From Octopus sinensis (lineage: Eukaryota), in the NCBI RefSeq assembly GCF_006345805.1, contig NC_043002.1, positions 20,336,001 to 20,400,000 on the forward strand: a stretch of 64,000 bases of DNA, given 5' to 3'. Below are positions 1 through 13,318 of the stretch, in pieces (the first letter of the stretch is position 1; each line of letters opens with the position of its first letter). The notes under the pieces are model-generated. The model searched no databases. It was not told the DNA's origin and saw only the letters and a list, made by a program, of their open reading frames with translations. A program made the translations under genes and the position numbers.

Positions 1-310
1 GTATGTAAAAAGCACCATTCGAATGCGTCCGGTGCCAGTGCCGCCTTGACTGGCATCCGTGCCGGTGACACGTAAAAAGCACCAACCGATCGTGGCTGTT
101 GCTCGCCTCCTCTGGCCCCTGTGCCGGTGTCACGTATAAAGCACCCACTACTCTCACGGAGTGGTTGGCGTTAAGAAGAGCATCCAGCTGTAGAAACACT
201 GCCAGATCAGACTGGAGCCTGGTGCAGCCAATTGGCTTCCCAGACCCCAGTCGAACCGTCCAACCCATGCTGGCATGGAAAAAGGACGTTAAACGATGAT
301 GATGATGATG
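1..310 (+). mobile_element. 3' end of RTE-type LINE (family D): ~55-60 bp subrepeats, conserved end, (GAT)n tail
   Basis: Subrepeats 'gccggtg(g/a)cacgtaaaaagcacc', then 'ggagtggttggcgttaagaagagcatccagctgtagaaac...ccaacccatgctggcatggaaa...gacgttaaacgatgatgatg'. The same end follows an RTE-like ORF terminus at 56395-57897. Confidence 0.8.
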
Positions 311-1814
311 ACATAACTACATGTATGCCATCAACACAGATTTTGTTTTCTCATAACCTAGAAAATGAATATTTTTTTCAATAAAATTTTCAACCAACAT
401 GTTTTATATGGGGTAGATTACGATTATATATGAATTTGATGTGGAAAAAAAAATGGTGACTGTGGATATTTCACACACCTCATCAAAACGTATGAGGAAA
501 GAAAGGTGAGGTGTATAAATTATCGAAACTCCTCACCATCCCTCTGGAAAAAAAGTTTCACAGCAAATTCTAATATAGCCTTAATCTACGCTTTTTAAAA
601 TGTATCTCTGGGAAATTTCATTAAAAAATATGTATTTTTCAGAAAGTTAAAAAGAAAATCGGACATGTGAGGGTGGGCACAAATCTTTAGTTATACCAAA
701 GACAGTAAGCTATAATTTGAAGTAAATTTAGATGCTATTTTTTGCAGGTCAAACGACCTTGTTGTCTTGTAATGTTGTAGTGATGATGTTATTGAGGTTG
801 AATGGTGTGCGTATACAACATCAATATAGAGATGGTGGTGAAATGGTTTAGTTAATAGGTAATTCAACAATCTGATCATGAGTTCAAATCTGCTTCAGGC
901 AGATTGTTTCTAGGTAGGGCACTTTATTTTTCTACACTGCCTTGGCTTAGTTTGCCATCAGGGAATTAAAGATACCTCATTTGAAAACCTAAAAGAAGAG
1001 GCTCACTGCTGAAACATCTCCTGACTAAATATATTAAATAGCACTGATCAATGAATGGATACTTCTGATCTTATATCATCATCAACCTCTGGATATTACT
1101 GTCTTGAGTTTGAGGACTCATAGGGTTGGTTACCTAGTTTCCATGCCAAATAAGTGACTGAAAGGGATGCCAGCCTGTCACAGGGCTACTCATTTACAGG
1201 TGAGTGGACCAAGCAATAGGAAATGAAGTGTGTTGCTCAAGAACACAACACACCACCCAGTCCAGGAATTGAAACTACAATTTTGCAATCATGAGTACAG
1301 CGTTTCAACCATTTGGCCACATGTCTTCTGATCTCACAAGGTTGACAACTGCCTTTTTATCTCACACCATTACATGGAATAAGTTAGAAAGGTGACTTAG
1401 ATTGGGAAGAGAGGGGTCAATAGGGTACTGGATAACCAGCCATGGGGGTCACCTACTTGATTCATAATTGTCTGTCATTTGAAAACCATGTAGCATCCAT
1501 GACCGAGATACTTAACTCTCAAATAGATCAGTCCACCAGTCTGAATATAGGTTACGAGGATATTAGCGGGGAATTTGTGAAGCGAATCAGCTTCCTCTTG
1601 AAATGAGGCTCTAGTTGAGTGTAGGTTGTTGGCTTACCAGGATTATTGGCGGATTAATGAGATAGATTAGTGAGGTCAACTGACTTCCGCTTGAAATGAC
1701 AATCAGGTTGTGTTGAATCAGCAGGAAATAGAAAACTATGTAAGACTTTCAGGATTTAAGGATTAGAGTAGTGAAGTTACATATATATTGAGAAAAGGCT
1801 AAGACATAGGAACA

Positions 1815-2010
1815 TTCTATTAGTATGCTAATGATAGAAAAAACTCCCTCAAATCACATACAACCATTTTAAAAGAAGGACACTGGAATATCTAGTCCTG
1901 AATACACTGTCTGAAAAAAGAAAAGAAAGGCTATGTAGTTGCAATCAGAATGTCTTTGATTATAGGTTTCCTTGATCAGTGCTGATCTGAGGCTAAAAAA
2001 CTACTATATG
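1815..2010 (+). mobile_element. Interspersed repeat family F (unclassified, SINE/LINE-tail-like)
   Basis: 'ctccctcaaatcaca...gaatgtctttgat(t/c)atagg...gctga(t/c)ctgaggctaaa' recurs at ~10660-10850, 11310-11545, 35885-36080 (+) and ~8925-9200, 48305-48490 (-). Confidence 0.6.
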
Positions 2011-2159
2011 AATAACATAAAGGAAATGTTTTAGAAGCCTTTACTGGGCTTTTAAGTCTAGGTTCAGTTCCTTAGACTTAAGCAAATAAGAGATAGTGTT
2101 CAATGATCCTACACTCTAAATGGGTCACTGGTCTCTTTCACTTAACATTTCCTAGCAAC

Positions 2160-2317
2160 CAGGGAAGGACTGAGCCATCGGTCAATTGGACACTGCCCAA
2201 GGGCCCGGAGCTCTAAGGGGCCTGCACGCTATATGTTAACTCTACTGAAAGACACATTCAAAGGGGCTCGGTAAACAATTACACCCGAGGGCCCTTAATA
2301 CGCTCAGTCTGCCCCTG
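2160..2317. mobile_element. hAT-type MITE
   Basis: TIRs cagggaaggactgagc / gctcagtctgcccctg (13/16); 8-bp flanks ctagcaac / ctagtaac (7/8), consistent with a hAT TSD. Confidence 0.8.
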
Positions 2318-2734
2318 CTAGTAACAATTACTGGTAACCTGGTTGATTACATTGGATAATGTAGAATACATAATGAAATGCTTGTAGCAGATTTGAGCCT
2401 AAAACTTTTGAGATTGCTCCCTGAAATATAAAATAATAATTATGATTTTTGCTAAACTAAAAATGTGAAGAGAAGTTACAGTCAGGTTTATTCTGTATAT
2501 CACTGGTACTTTATCAAACCTAGAAGGATTTGAAGAATAGACATTAGTTAAAATGTGTGTGTGTGTGCATATATTTGTGTATGCATGCGTGTGTTGTGTG
2601 CATGTGTTTTTGTATGTATGTATGTGTGTGAGCATATATGTATATGTGTGTGTGCGCATATAAATATGTGTGTGCATATATATGTATGCATGTGTATTTG
2701 TGCATGTGTGTGTGTGTATGAATATATATACGGT

Positions 2735-3108
2735 GATGGTCATATTTTGCCAACTAAACACATGCGCAATATATTTGGCCTTCACTTCAGTTTTATTATT
2801 ATTATTATTTTCAAACCTCATTTGTCACACATCCTGTGACCTCTTCAGTGATCCTTTCTCCCACGTGTCTCCTCTTGTTCTGCTTAGTTCATTTTGTCTT
2901 TTTGTGGTATGTATGAATAGAATAAGTAGAACAGAAGGAGACAGATGCGATACTGAGTCATTGAAGAGGTTACAGGATGTGTGATGAAAGAGCTTTGACA
3001 AAGAAACTAAAATAATAATAATAATAATAATAATAATGATAATAATAAAGCTGAAGTGAAGACCATATGTAGAGAGAGCATGTGTTTCATTGGCAAAATA
3101 TGACCATC
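2735..3108. mobile_element. Fold-back element with long imperfect inverted arms, each containing (AAT)n
   Basis: Perfect 19-bp terminal inverted repeat gatggtcatattttgccaa (2735-2753) / ttggcaaaatatgaccatc (3090-3108). The arms stay alignable inward (gaagaggt(c/t)acaggatgtgtga) with a ~45-bp spacer. Confidence 0.75.
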
Positions 3109-3439
3109 CCAAAGTACAATATCTGTTTCAACCCACGATTTCACATCAAGAATCTTGCTAAAACAAATACACACACTCACACACACATAGATATAGATAA
3201 AGAGAATTCACAAAATAACAAAAGACAAAGACAGGTGGTATAGATAACAAACAGATGTATTAATTCAATGCTCGGGAAGTGAAAAAGTCTTTAACGTTTC
3301 GAGCCTACGCTCTTCCACAGAAAGGAACACAGAAAAAACAAGGAGAGATAATAAAGAGAGAAAATAGAGAAAATAACAAATATATATATATATATGGTGA
3401 CGCAAGCAGGAAAATAGAACTCATAATGTAAATATATAA

Positions 3440-3476
<37 letters not shown>

Positions 3477-3679
3477 TGTTAATAATCAATAGAAGTTATA
3501 AAGTGACACAAGGGTCAAAAGTTTCATGCATTGGTAAGTACCAATGCATGGAACTCTCGGTGCTTAAGTCACTCTGTAACTCCAGCCAATTATTAAAACA
3601 TATATAATGAAACTCTCAGCCCTTCAGTCAGTCTGCTGCTTCACCTAAATATTAATAAATATACATATATATATATATC

Positions 3680-3904
3680 TTTACTCTCTTTTACTCTTTT
3701 ACCTGTTTCAGTCATTTGACTGCGGCCATGCTGGAGCACCACCTTTTAGTCGAGCAACTCGACCCCGGGACTTATTCTTTGTAAGCCCAGTACTTATTCT
3801 ATCGGTCTCTTTTGCTGAACTGCTAAGTGATGGGGACATAAACACACCAGCATCAGTTGTCAAGCAATACTAGGGGAACAAATACAGACACACAAACATA
3901 CACG

Positions 3905-3954
<50 letters not shown>

Positions 3955-4117
3955 CACGACGGGCTTCTTTCAGTTTCTCTCTACCAAATCCACTCACAAG
4001 GCTTTGGTCGGCCCAAGGCTATAGTAGAAGACACTTACCCAAGGTGCCACGCAGTGGGACTGAACCCGGAACCATGTGGTTCGTAAGCAAGCTACTTACC
4101 ACACAGCCACTCCTGCA
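3680..4117 (-). mobile_element. tRNA-derived SINE family A, full length
   Basis: Head (rc) gcaggagtggctgtgtggtaagtagcttgcttacgaaccacatggttccgggttcagtcccact with A/B-box-like motifs, body 'ggcaccttgggtaagtgtc...gtggatttggtagagagaaactgaaagaagccc', internal (TA/CA)n, tail gtaaaagag repeats. Confidence 0.85.
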
Positions 4118-4179
4118 TATTCTGAGTTCTATTTTTCTTGCTTGCATGACCATATCTATATGTGTGTGTATATCATCAT

Positions 4180-4507
4180 CATCATCGTTTAACGTCCGTT
4201 TTCCGCGCTAGCACGGGTTGGACGGGTCTGGGAAGCCAGGGGCTGCACCAGGCTCCAGTCTGATCTGGCAGTATTCTACAGCTGGATGCCCTTCCTAATG
4301 CCAACCACTCCGCGAGTGTAGTGGGTGCTTTTTACGTGCCATCTGCACAGGTGCCAGGGGGGGTCTGGCATCGGCCATGATCGGTTGGTGCTTTTAACGT
4401 GTCACCGGCACGGAAGCCAGACAAGGCAGCGCTGGCATCGGCCACATTCGGATGGTGCTTTTTATGTGCCACCGGCACAGAAGCCAGTCGAGGCGGCACT
4501 GGCATCA
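4180..4507 (-). mobile_element. RTE-type LINE 3' end (family D)
   Basis: Reverse complement of the family D end with (ATC)n tail on the + strand. Confidence 0.8.
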
Positions 4508-4729
4508 CAGTAATCCCTAGACTATCATGAGAGTTACGTTCCAAAACCCCTCACGAAAGGTGAAAATCTGCAAAATAGAAACAGTACTGTACTGTATTTT
4601 TTGTTTATCATTTTTATAATTTGTATTTATTTATTTTATTATAAATGCAAAACAACATCAAGGAGGAATTGACTTAAGCTTAAATAATAAACCACAAAAG
4701 GTGAACCACGATATGGCAAGGGATTACTG
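4508..4729. mobile_element. pogo/Tigger-like MITE
   Basis: TIRs cagtaatccct / agggattactg, followed by TA on the right. The internal 'gttacgttccaaaacccc' resembles Tigger-type ends. Confidence 0.75.
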
Positions 4730-5152
4730 TAAAATGGCAGCATCTATTTTGAGCACTGCTATCAATTGATTGTTTCCCGAAACATGAGCAGCACAGATGT
4801 TGTTGTTGTTGTTGGTAGTGGTGGCAGTGGTCATTATCTACTTGAACTTTGAGCTTTTAGTAAAAGCAGGTGCATGTACTGTCCAGTGAATGAGTGCTGC
4901 TGCTGCTATTGCAGTGAAATATTTACTAAATCTCCGAGAAACATTTGGTAGAAATAATAAAGGCAAGCACAGCTGTAAGGCGTGTTAGAACATGTCTGAC
5001 TGACTTTACAGGATTTAGATTTCGTGTTTATACACACACATGCAAACACTAACAAAGTTACACACACATGTGAGTGCAAACACATGTATACACACCCATC
5101 CACATGCATATACATAAATTCAAACTAAAATCTATATTGACATACATATTTG

Positions 5153-5189
<37 letters not shown>

Positions 5190-5999
5190 CAAGCTTCCAA
5201 GTATATGTAAATAGACATATGCAAATATATTATCATATACATACAGGCACACACACATATATGTAAACTAACATATACACATATAAATTCACCAACAAGA
5301 TATTTTAACAATTCTTCAATTAAACATCATTTCACTGTAATTACTACTGCAGTTATATTCACTGTTCATTAGTTAATTGCATCAATCAAATTTCTGGCTA
5401 GCCAACTTTTTTTTTATGTGTTCCACATACTGTATAATCCAACTTTGTTAACAGTTCTCACATAATTGCTTCTATCCAGCCTCTGTTCCAATTATGTTTC
5501 CATTTTGGTTATATTAACCAGTCCAACAGATTAACATTCCCCTCCTGTTTATTTTTATTATGTCAACTGTTTCCACAGATAATCGGCCATATTTAGCTTC
5601 TTTTTCAGTTGTTCCCATAGATTCTGTTCTAGTTAACTGTTCCAACAGACGTGTAGTTTAATTCACAATGTTAACTGGCCCCTTCCAATCTCCAGTTCCT
5701 CTGCTCTCTGAAATCAAATCCCACCAAGGTCAACTTAGCTTTTCAATAAATAAAGTCCCAGTCTAGGGAATTGTTTGAGCCCCTTTCATTCTGGCTCTGG
5801 GAATTCTGCATTCGAATTCCAATCAGCTACCAAATGCCTTGGCTAAATACCTAACCAAGACAACACACAGCAATTAGCCAGCATGGACATGTAGGCCAAC
5901 AAGCAGCAGACAAACCAGAAACTGAAGCTTCAAACATTAAAAGATCAAAAACACCGAATGAAAAGGCATAGAAGACACTCTATTAATTGCATGCAACTA

Positions 6000-6240
6000 C
6001 ACCAATACCTATTTCTTTACTACCCACAAGGGGCTAAACACAGAGAGGACAAACAAGGACAGACGAATGGATTAAGTCGATTACATCGACCCCAGTGCGT
6101 AACTGGTACTTAATTTATCGACCCCGAAAGGCTGAAAGGCAAAGTCAACCTCGGCGGAATTTGAACTCACAACGTAACGGCAGACGAAATACAGCTACGC
6201 ATTGCACCCAGAGTGCTAACGTTTCTGCCAGCTCGCCACC
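6000..6240 (-). mobile_element. tRNA-derived SINE family B
   Basis: rc head ggtggcgagctggcagaaacgttagcac...gagttcaaattccgccgagg and central 'gttgactttgcctttcagcctttcggggtcgataaattaagtaccag'. Further copies at ~14630-14840, 23630-23815, 26185-26390, 29300-29510, 30165-30366, 41140-41360, 62085-62293 (-). Confidence 0.85.
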
Positions 6241-7013
6241 AATACTATTCCTCACTTCTTTCAACCTTTGCCGGCTTCTTACGTTGAAATATCCTGCTGC
6301 TACTATAATTCCTTTCACATCAAGGATGCTTTACAGAAGTATTGGGGTGGAGGTTATCATTAGTTCAATTAAGTCCAATACTTTAATTAACTGATCCCAG
6401 ATGGATGAAAGTTGTCAACATTGAAGGTCACAGCTGTAATGCCTTTGATCATAGGTCTGCTGGGGCTCAGCAACAACGTTGATCACACAGATATTTCCAT
6501 TGTCTTGGTGCCTTTTCCAAAAACCCTTCAGCCCTGTTTTAAGTCGATTCACTGGTGAATCTTTCCCACCATCGCCATCGTTGCCCCAGCTACTTCCACC
6601 ACCACCAGCATCAACATCATTATATTAGATCTTTTTTCTGTACTTGCACAGGTCAGAAGAATCATCTTCAGCACAGCATGCAGCCACTTGTTGCAGTCCT
6701 TTGTCATATTCTGCATTGGGTTCATCCTTCTAAGATTAACATTCACTACTTCCCATATCTACCTTGGCCTTCTTCTTCAACAGGTTCCTTCAACTTAGAT
6801 TACTAAGCACTTCTTTAACCACCACCCCCATACATAGTCTTTCCATTTTTTTAACTAGATCTGATTTCTCTCATTGCTCAACTCAACTCAGCTCTGTAAC
6901 ATTGTTTATGCATAGTAATATTACACATTCAGCAGAACATATTCGCTTAATTGTTTTCCAGCCTTCACATACCCCACCACCACCACCACCCAGTCAATGT
7001 CCATTCTTCCCAA

Positions 7014-7060
7014 TCAGGCAAAAATCAAATTCTGCATGTTAGCACGATACAATCTGCCCT
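7014..7060 (-). CDS. Candidate terminal coding exon of an unidentified gene ((E)GRLYRANMQNLIFA*)
   Basis: Acceptor catttttctctgtttag, open frame to TGA. Phase-compatible with the 25992-26023 candidate. No homology recognised. Confidence 0.25.
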
Positions 7061-7439
7061 CTAAACAGAGAAAAATGTTTTGTTATCAGCAGAGAATATA
7101 ATTATCTGAATGTTTTCCATCCAGTTGCTAAATCTAGTTACTTTGCTTTTGAAATAGACTGGTAGCCATAGGGTCTTGTTTTCATTCTTGCTAAAAAGTT
7201 TTTATCTTTGCTATGCTTACTTTCAGACTCCTTGATTCTAACTCTGTGTGTGTGTGTGAGTGTGTGTGTGTGCATGTGTGTGCATGTGTGTGTGTGTGTA
7301 TTTTGGATCATCCCACAAATAATGCAGTTTTCTCAATTGCATGAACTAAAAGTTGGAGGGGGACAGAATAAACTATCTGCATCAACTTGCTATAAAAGCA
7401 GGAAGTAATTTTACCTTGCTTTTATTCTTGGTGCAAGTT

Positions 7440-8520
7440 TTGAAGAGTGCAGTTTTATTTTAACAGTTATTTTTTCAAAGCTATAATGGAAGTGACAAAG
7501 GAACATATTCAGTGTGAGGAATATTAATGCAGTATATGGGGATTGGACAATAAGTGTAAGGCAGTGTCAATGGTGGTTCCAGAAATTCAGAGCCGGAAAC
7601 TACAACCTAGAAGATAAGCTTCATCCTGGAAGATCTGTAGGGCTCAACGAGGATGTCTTGCAAGCCCTGTTTGAAGAAAATCCCATCATAACTATTGAGG
7701 AATTAGCAGAGAAGCTTGTATTGGGTCATTCAATCATTCATTGACACCTGTGTGCCCTCGGAAAAGACAGAAATCGGGTCAATGGATTCCTCATAAACTT
7801 TCCAAATCTAATCACATGCAAAGAGTGAACGTATGCTCTTCTCTGTTATCGTGTCGCATGGATGAACCTTTTTTGGACCAAACAGTGACTGGTGATGAGA
7901 AATGGGTTCTCTATAAAAATGTCAAGCATTGAAGACAGTGGGTAGGGAAGGGAGAAACACCAGCACCCTGGGCTAAAGAAGGTTTACACCCATGTAAGGC
8001 ATTGTTATCTGTTTAGTGGGGTATTGAAAGGTTTAACCCACTTTGAACTTTTAAACCCAAACTAACTGATATCAAAGAAGATCTACTGTGAGTAGCTTGA
8101 GCAGCTTAAGTCAGCGCTATAAGAAAAATGACCATCTTTGGTTTCAAGACAAAAAGTGTTCTTCCATTAGGATAATGCTCAGCCACATATAGTAAGGATG
8201 ACATTTCAAAGTCTGGAGCACTTTGAACGGGAAACGATGCTCCACCCACCATATTTGCTGGATATTGCCCCATCTGATTATCATTTATTCCGCAGTCTTC
8301 AAAATCATTTGGACGGAAAATATATAAATTCTGTAGACGAGGTCAGAACAGTACTGGAGAATTTTTCATCATGGACAAGTGAATTTTGGAACACTACCAG
8401 ATAGATGGAAGAGCATTGTAGAAAATGAAAGAGAGTATGTTTTTAGATTAAAAAAGAACTTTGTTTATCTTAATTTTGAAAAATAAAAGAAGCATAAAAA
8501 AAACCCATTATTTATAGGGA
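7440..8520 (+). mobile_element. Degenerate mariner transposon (transposase pseudogene)
   Basis: Start MEVTKEH at 7486; motifs WIPHKL, TGDEKWV, DNAQPH, HPPYLLDIAPSDYHLF (DD34D-type) across frameshifts and stops; partial right TIR near 8497-8520. Confidence 0.9.
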
Positions 8521-9304
8521 AATTGGCAGAGTCATTAGAGTGTTGGAAAGAATGTCTTACAGTATTTGTTCTGAAATTCTGTTCTCTGAGTTCAAATCAT
8601 ACTGAGATCCAATTCATCTTTCATGTTTTCAGGCAGTTACTCTGAATTGCAACAATGATGATTGATTGATTGATTGATAACAAATAAAGATTATGTAAGC
8701 TAATATTGATTTCACTGAGACTTAAGTTTTGCCTTTAATGGCTTGTTCAATAAACCATTAAAGGCTAAATCTGAGTTACCACTCAAATCAATAAATGGTT
8801 TTGTTATTTTTCATCAAGTTATTTAACAATACCAAATAATACTTTATTTACATGTACTGTAATCTCATTGTTTTGTGTATTTATACAGTATATTTAATGT
8901 TTTATGTATATAAGCCAATAGGGTGTGATCTGAATAAAATTTGGCTGTTATTCTTAGCAGGTCAAATGAAAATGCAGAGGCTTTCTCTCACTTGCTTGAA
9001 GTAAACTTGGTGGTCATTGTTAGCATTTAACTGAACAGGCCTATGATAAAAGGTATTCCAGTCATGATTATACCAACTTTCTGGATTATCAGGATTATCT
9101 AATATATTTGAAATAATTGAGTGTGGTTTATGGAATATTTGGAGTGTGATTTATGGGAGATCCAGCAGATCAAGTGACCATATAGAAGCTCTCTTGTCAA
9201 ACATCTTTATCATTTGACACACACTGAAACCACTCTACATGAAAGAAAATACCATTAGACAGTGATATAGCTGGCAGACCAAACAATATTCTTTTGTCTG
9301 CTAG

Positions 9305-9423
9305 AAAACAACTTACTCTTATGCTTCAAATCCCATCAGAGAAGTGGTTGGTGTAAGAGAAAGAGCAAGATATGAGCTGCTTCAATCTAATTCCTTCACA
9401 GAAGCAGTAAAAGGCAGTGCAAG
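9305..9423 (+). CDS. Candidate internal coding exon (KTTYSYASNPIREVVGVRERARYELLQSNSFTEAVKGSA), unidentified
   Basis: Acceptor tattcttttgtctgctag, donor CAAG|GTATGA, 119-nt open frame (phase 0 to 2) in non-repetitive sequence. No homology recognised. Confidence 0.4.
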
Positions 9424-9589
9424 GTATGACTTATTTAGGGAGAGCATGACAAGTAGTGAAATGAGCTGGTAGTGTTTCAGTTACATACAAAGATATACAT
9501 ACAGATGCTCAATTGTATTAAGGATTATTATTATTATCTCAAAAGACAGTAATATTGGCAGAAGTTACACGGCAGACTATATGCATGTC

Positions 9590-10080
9590 CTGTCTGCATG
9601 TCTATCTGTTTGTCTATATATCTGTTGTATGCTTATCTGTTGGCCTATATGCTTGTTTGTCTACATGCTATCTCATGGTCTACATTTTTGTCTGTCAGTT
9701 TACATGTATGTTTGTCTACATGCCTGATTGTCAGTCTACACAGCCATGGGTCTACATGGCTGTGTCTTAGTCTGCATGCTTGTATTTTGCTTGCACGTCT
9801 GTCTGTTTGTTGGTCTAAATGACTATTTATTTGACTACATGTGGTCTATATATTTATATGTCATCTGTCTATTGGTCTGTAGGTTGTCAATCTATCAGAC
9901 ATTCTACATGTTACCTGTGTCTCTACCAGTCCATACACTTGTCTGTCTGTCTACACATCATCTGTCTATAGGTTCACATATCAGCTATCTGTCACTCTTC
10001 ATATATCTCAGCCCTAATCTATCTGTATATCTACTTACCTATCTGAATATCTACCAACTTATTTATTTTTCAGTCTGGTA
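9590..10080. repeat. Degenerate (TCTA/TCTG)n-rich low-complexity tract
   Basis: Recurrent gtcta/tctgt motifs; source of several spurious Cys/Leu/Val-rich ORFs. Confidence 0.7.
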
Positions 10081-11744
10081 ATTTAAAAAATTTCTAAGCC
10101 TATCTATATTTCTATCCTTCTTTTTATCCCTACATCTATCCATGCATCTTGTAAGCATTTACATGTGTCATCATGCACACCTTCCCATGTGTCTACTCTC
10201 CTACCCAAATGCCTGCCCTATCTGTCTATTTGTCTGCATATTTGCCAATGTGTCAGCTTGCATTCATGCCTGTGGGTTTGTGTACATGTGTGTTTGTACC
10301 TTTGTTAGCCTGTCTATAGCTGTATGTCTGTCTACCTGCATTTGTTTATGCATGTGCCAGACCAGTCTCTTGTTGCACAACTTTTTCAAATGCATATTTT
10401 GCAGTTGCTTAATGCTGTCTATTATTAGTGATGCATTTTTCAGATATGCAACTGTTGCGCTGCTCCTCCCTTGTTCTCATGACAAATATCACCTTTCATG
10501 TAATCCAGCACCAGTTCCCACATCCACTTCCCAACATCAACACATGCACCATCTTCTCACACACATCCCCACACCAACCAGCACTACAGTCACCCCATCT
10601 CTACCACCACCACCACTGCATATACATGCCTCTAAGAATCAATTAGGGAGCCGCCACATAGTCACTTAAACTGCTAGAGATAGCAGTCCAATCACCCTCA
10701 AATTACATGGTAGTGTCTTTTAAAAAAAAGGACATGTTTAATGATACAGTCTGGGTTGCCTGTACATACAGAAACGACAGGATGGTCATTTCTGGAATAC
10801 TTTTGATCATACATATCTTCAATCAAGGCTGACCTGAGGTTAAACAACATCACACACAACCACCCTAACCACCTTAATTCACACCCACTACTATGCACCT
10901 TACCTCCACCACCACACATACCCACTTCTTACGTGCATCATCACCACCACTATATCTACCACATAATAATGCAACATCCACTATACACACACACATACAC
11001 CATACTTACTTCATACACTACATGCAGACTACTACACCCACCATGTAAAAGTAGTAAAGATGAATGAAGCCCCATCCTGACGTCATTGCTGCAACAGCTG
11101 ATTCTGTAGCGAATACTGCATTGAATCACTTACGACACCGTTCCTGGTAGCATCAGTTGTAATGTGCAGTTGTTGCAGTATCATCATTGAGACTGCAGAA
11201 ATTTTGGTAAAACAAAAACCACTGCAATGACAGTAACACTTGAGGAATTCTAGGGCCTCAATTGACCCCTAATATCCACAAGGACTTTAAAATCTCAAGC
11301 CAATGAAAAAGTCTTTAAATGGTCACTCAATCTGCTAGAAATAGCAACTTAATTTCCTTTATAATTTGAAGTGAGTACCAGCACGTGGTCAATTGACTGG
11401 CTAGAAATAGAAGCAAGATATCCCTCAAATTGAATTTTACTATCTTAAACAAAGAAAGGACACTTTATATAGCATACTAAAAATGGCATGGTGGTCATAA
11501 CGAGAAAGCTTTTGATCATAGGTCTAGCAATAAACTAACCTAACTAATAATGTACTGGACATTTAGCCTCAAGGTCAAAGTAGTACCTTATTGCAGGTAT
11601 TACCTTATGGCTCTAAGTAAGATCCTTAACTCTGCAGAGCATAATAAGAGGGTTTCATAACTCTACAAATAAAATGTGTATCTAAATAGTGCACATAAGA
11701 AGGCTCGGTCTTGTAGAGTCCATTTTCTCTGCACACTCTCTCTT

Positions 11745-12148
11745 TTATTCTTACTCTCTTTTACTTGTTTCAGTCATTTGACTGTGGCCATGCTGGAGCA
11801 CCGCCTTTTAGTCGAGCAAATCGACCCCTTATTCTTTGTAAGCCTAGTACTTGTTCTATCGGTCTCTTTTGCTGAACCACTAAGTTATGGGGACATAAAC
11901 ACACCAGCATCGGTTGTCAAGCGATGTTGGGAGGACAAACACAGACACACAAACATATACACACACATATATATACATATATATATACATATATACGACA
12001 GGCTTCTTTCAGTTTCCGTCTACCAAATCCACTCACAAGGCTTTGGTCAGCCCAAGGCTATAGTAGAAGACACTTGCCCAAGGTGCCATGCAGTGGGACT
12101 GAACCCAGAACCATGTGGTTCGTAAGCAAGCTACTTACCACACAGCCA
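11745..12148 (-). mobile_element. tRNA-derived SINE family A, full length
   Basis: Near-identical organisation to 3680-4117. Confidence 0.85.
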
Positions 12149-12763
12149 CAATTTACTTTAAGTTAATGAAAACATGCTCAATTTATTCTGAGACCCCAAA
12201 CACAGCTGACTACAACTCAGATGAGACTAAATTTCCATAAAGATACTATCTTGAGCAACAACATCAACTTCATTAACCTAACATGGAAGCTTTTACAGTT
12301 TTTTTATTCTTTCTTTTCAGTCACTGGAGTGTGGTCAGTCTGGAGCACCAACTTCTTGTTTTTTTTTTTTGTTTTTGTTTTTTGTCGAGTTGATCAAATC
12401 AACCTTAGTCCTTATTACTTTAAACCTGCTACTTATTCCATCAGTCTCTTACCTACTGAACTGCTAAGTTATAAGGATAACAAGTACATAAACAAACCTA
12501 CACCAGCAGTCAAGCAGCAAGATTAAAAACAAATAAATATACACACACACATGCACACACACACACAGTTGTGAAATAAACTTCTTAAGGATACAGCCAT
12601 ACTGAGTCTATGGTAATTCAATTTGAAAAAAAATTGCCAAATTTCCTTCAAATCCCACCTTACCATCTCCAAAAAATGGGATAACATTGTCATAAATATG
12701 CTATACCTGAATGAAGGACCAAGTTACTACATCATTGATCATAGATATGTTATATGAAATGTA

Positions 12764-13318
12764 TTGGGTTGTCCGGAAAGTTCGTGCCGATTTTTAAAGG
12801 TAAGAAAAAGGTCAATAAATACTTGCCATTACATTTTTAATCAACCAAATTTTGTTGCACAATGCGTCTCCATCTTTCCTTTAACTTGAAAATACCCTCT
12901 TCCCAGAATTGAGGTGGTTTCATGGCAAAGAATTCATCAAGGTATCTTTTTACGTCATCCAAGGAATTGAAATTTTTACCATTAAGACTATTCTGCAGAG
13001 ACCTGAATAAGTGGAAATCCAAAGGAGCAATATCTGGTGAATATGGAGGGTGGGATAACACATCCCAGCCAAGCTGCAGCAATTTTTGTCTGGTTCCCAA
13101 AGCATTAAGTGCCGAAAATGAACTTTCTTATCTTCCATTTTAAAGGGTTACAGAATTAACACAGGTTATAGGAACATAAACCTTCTTCCACGAAAAGATA
13201 GCTTAAACTGTGCTCTAAATGGAGGTGTAGTCAAATCTTATTTTATGGACTCGACCATGTTCTAAAATGTCGAAAGGTAAGCCACTATAAATCGGCATGA
13301 ACTTTCCGGACAACCCAA
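12764..13318 (-). mobile_element. Internally deleted mariner (555 bp) with intact TIRs
   Basis: TIRs ttgggttgtccggaaagttc(g/a)tgccgattt (29/30) flanked by TA. It retains only the transposase C-terminus (HPPYSPDIAPLDFHLFRSLQNSL...WRRIVQQN). Confidence 0.92.

Noticed and set aside
11134-11192. Minus-strand exon-like segment (SMMILQQLHITTDATRNGV) with good splice sites
   Set aside because: Its phase (1 to 0) does not lead into the terminal-exon candidate at 7060, and there is no independent support; kept out of the features.
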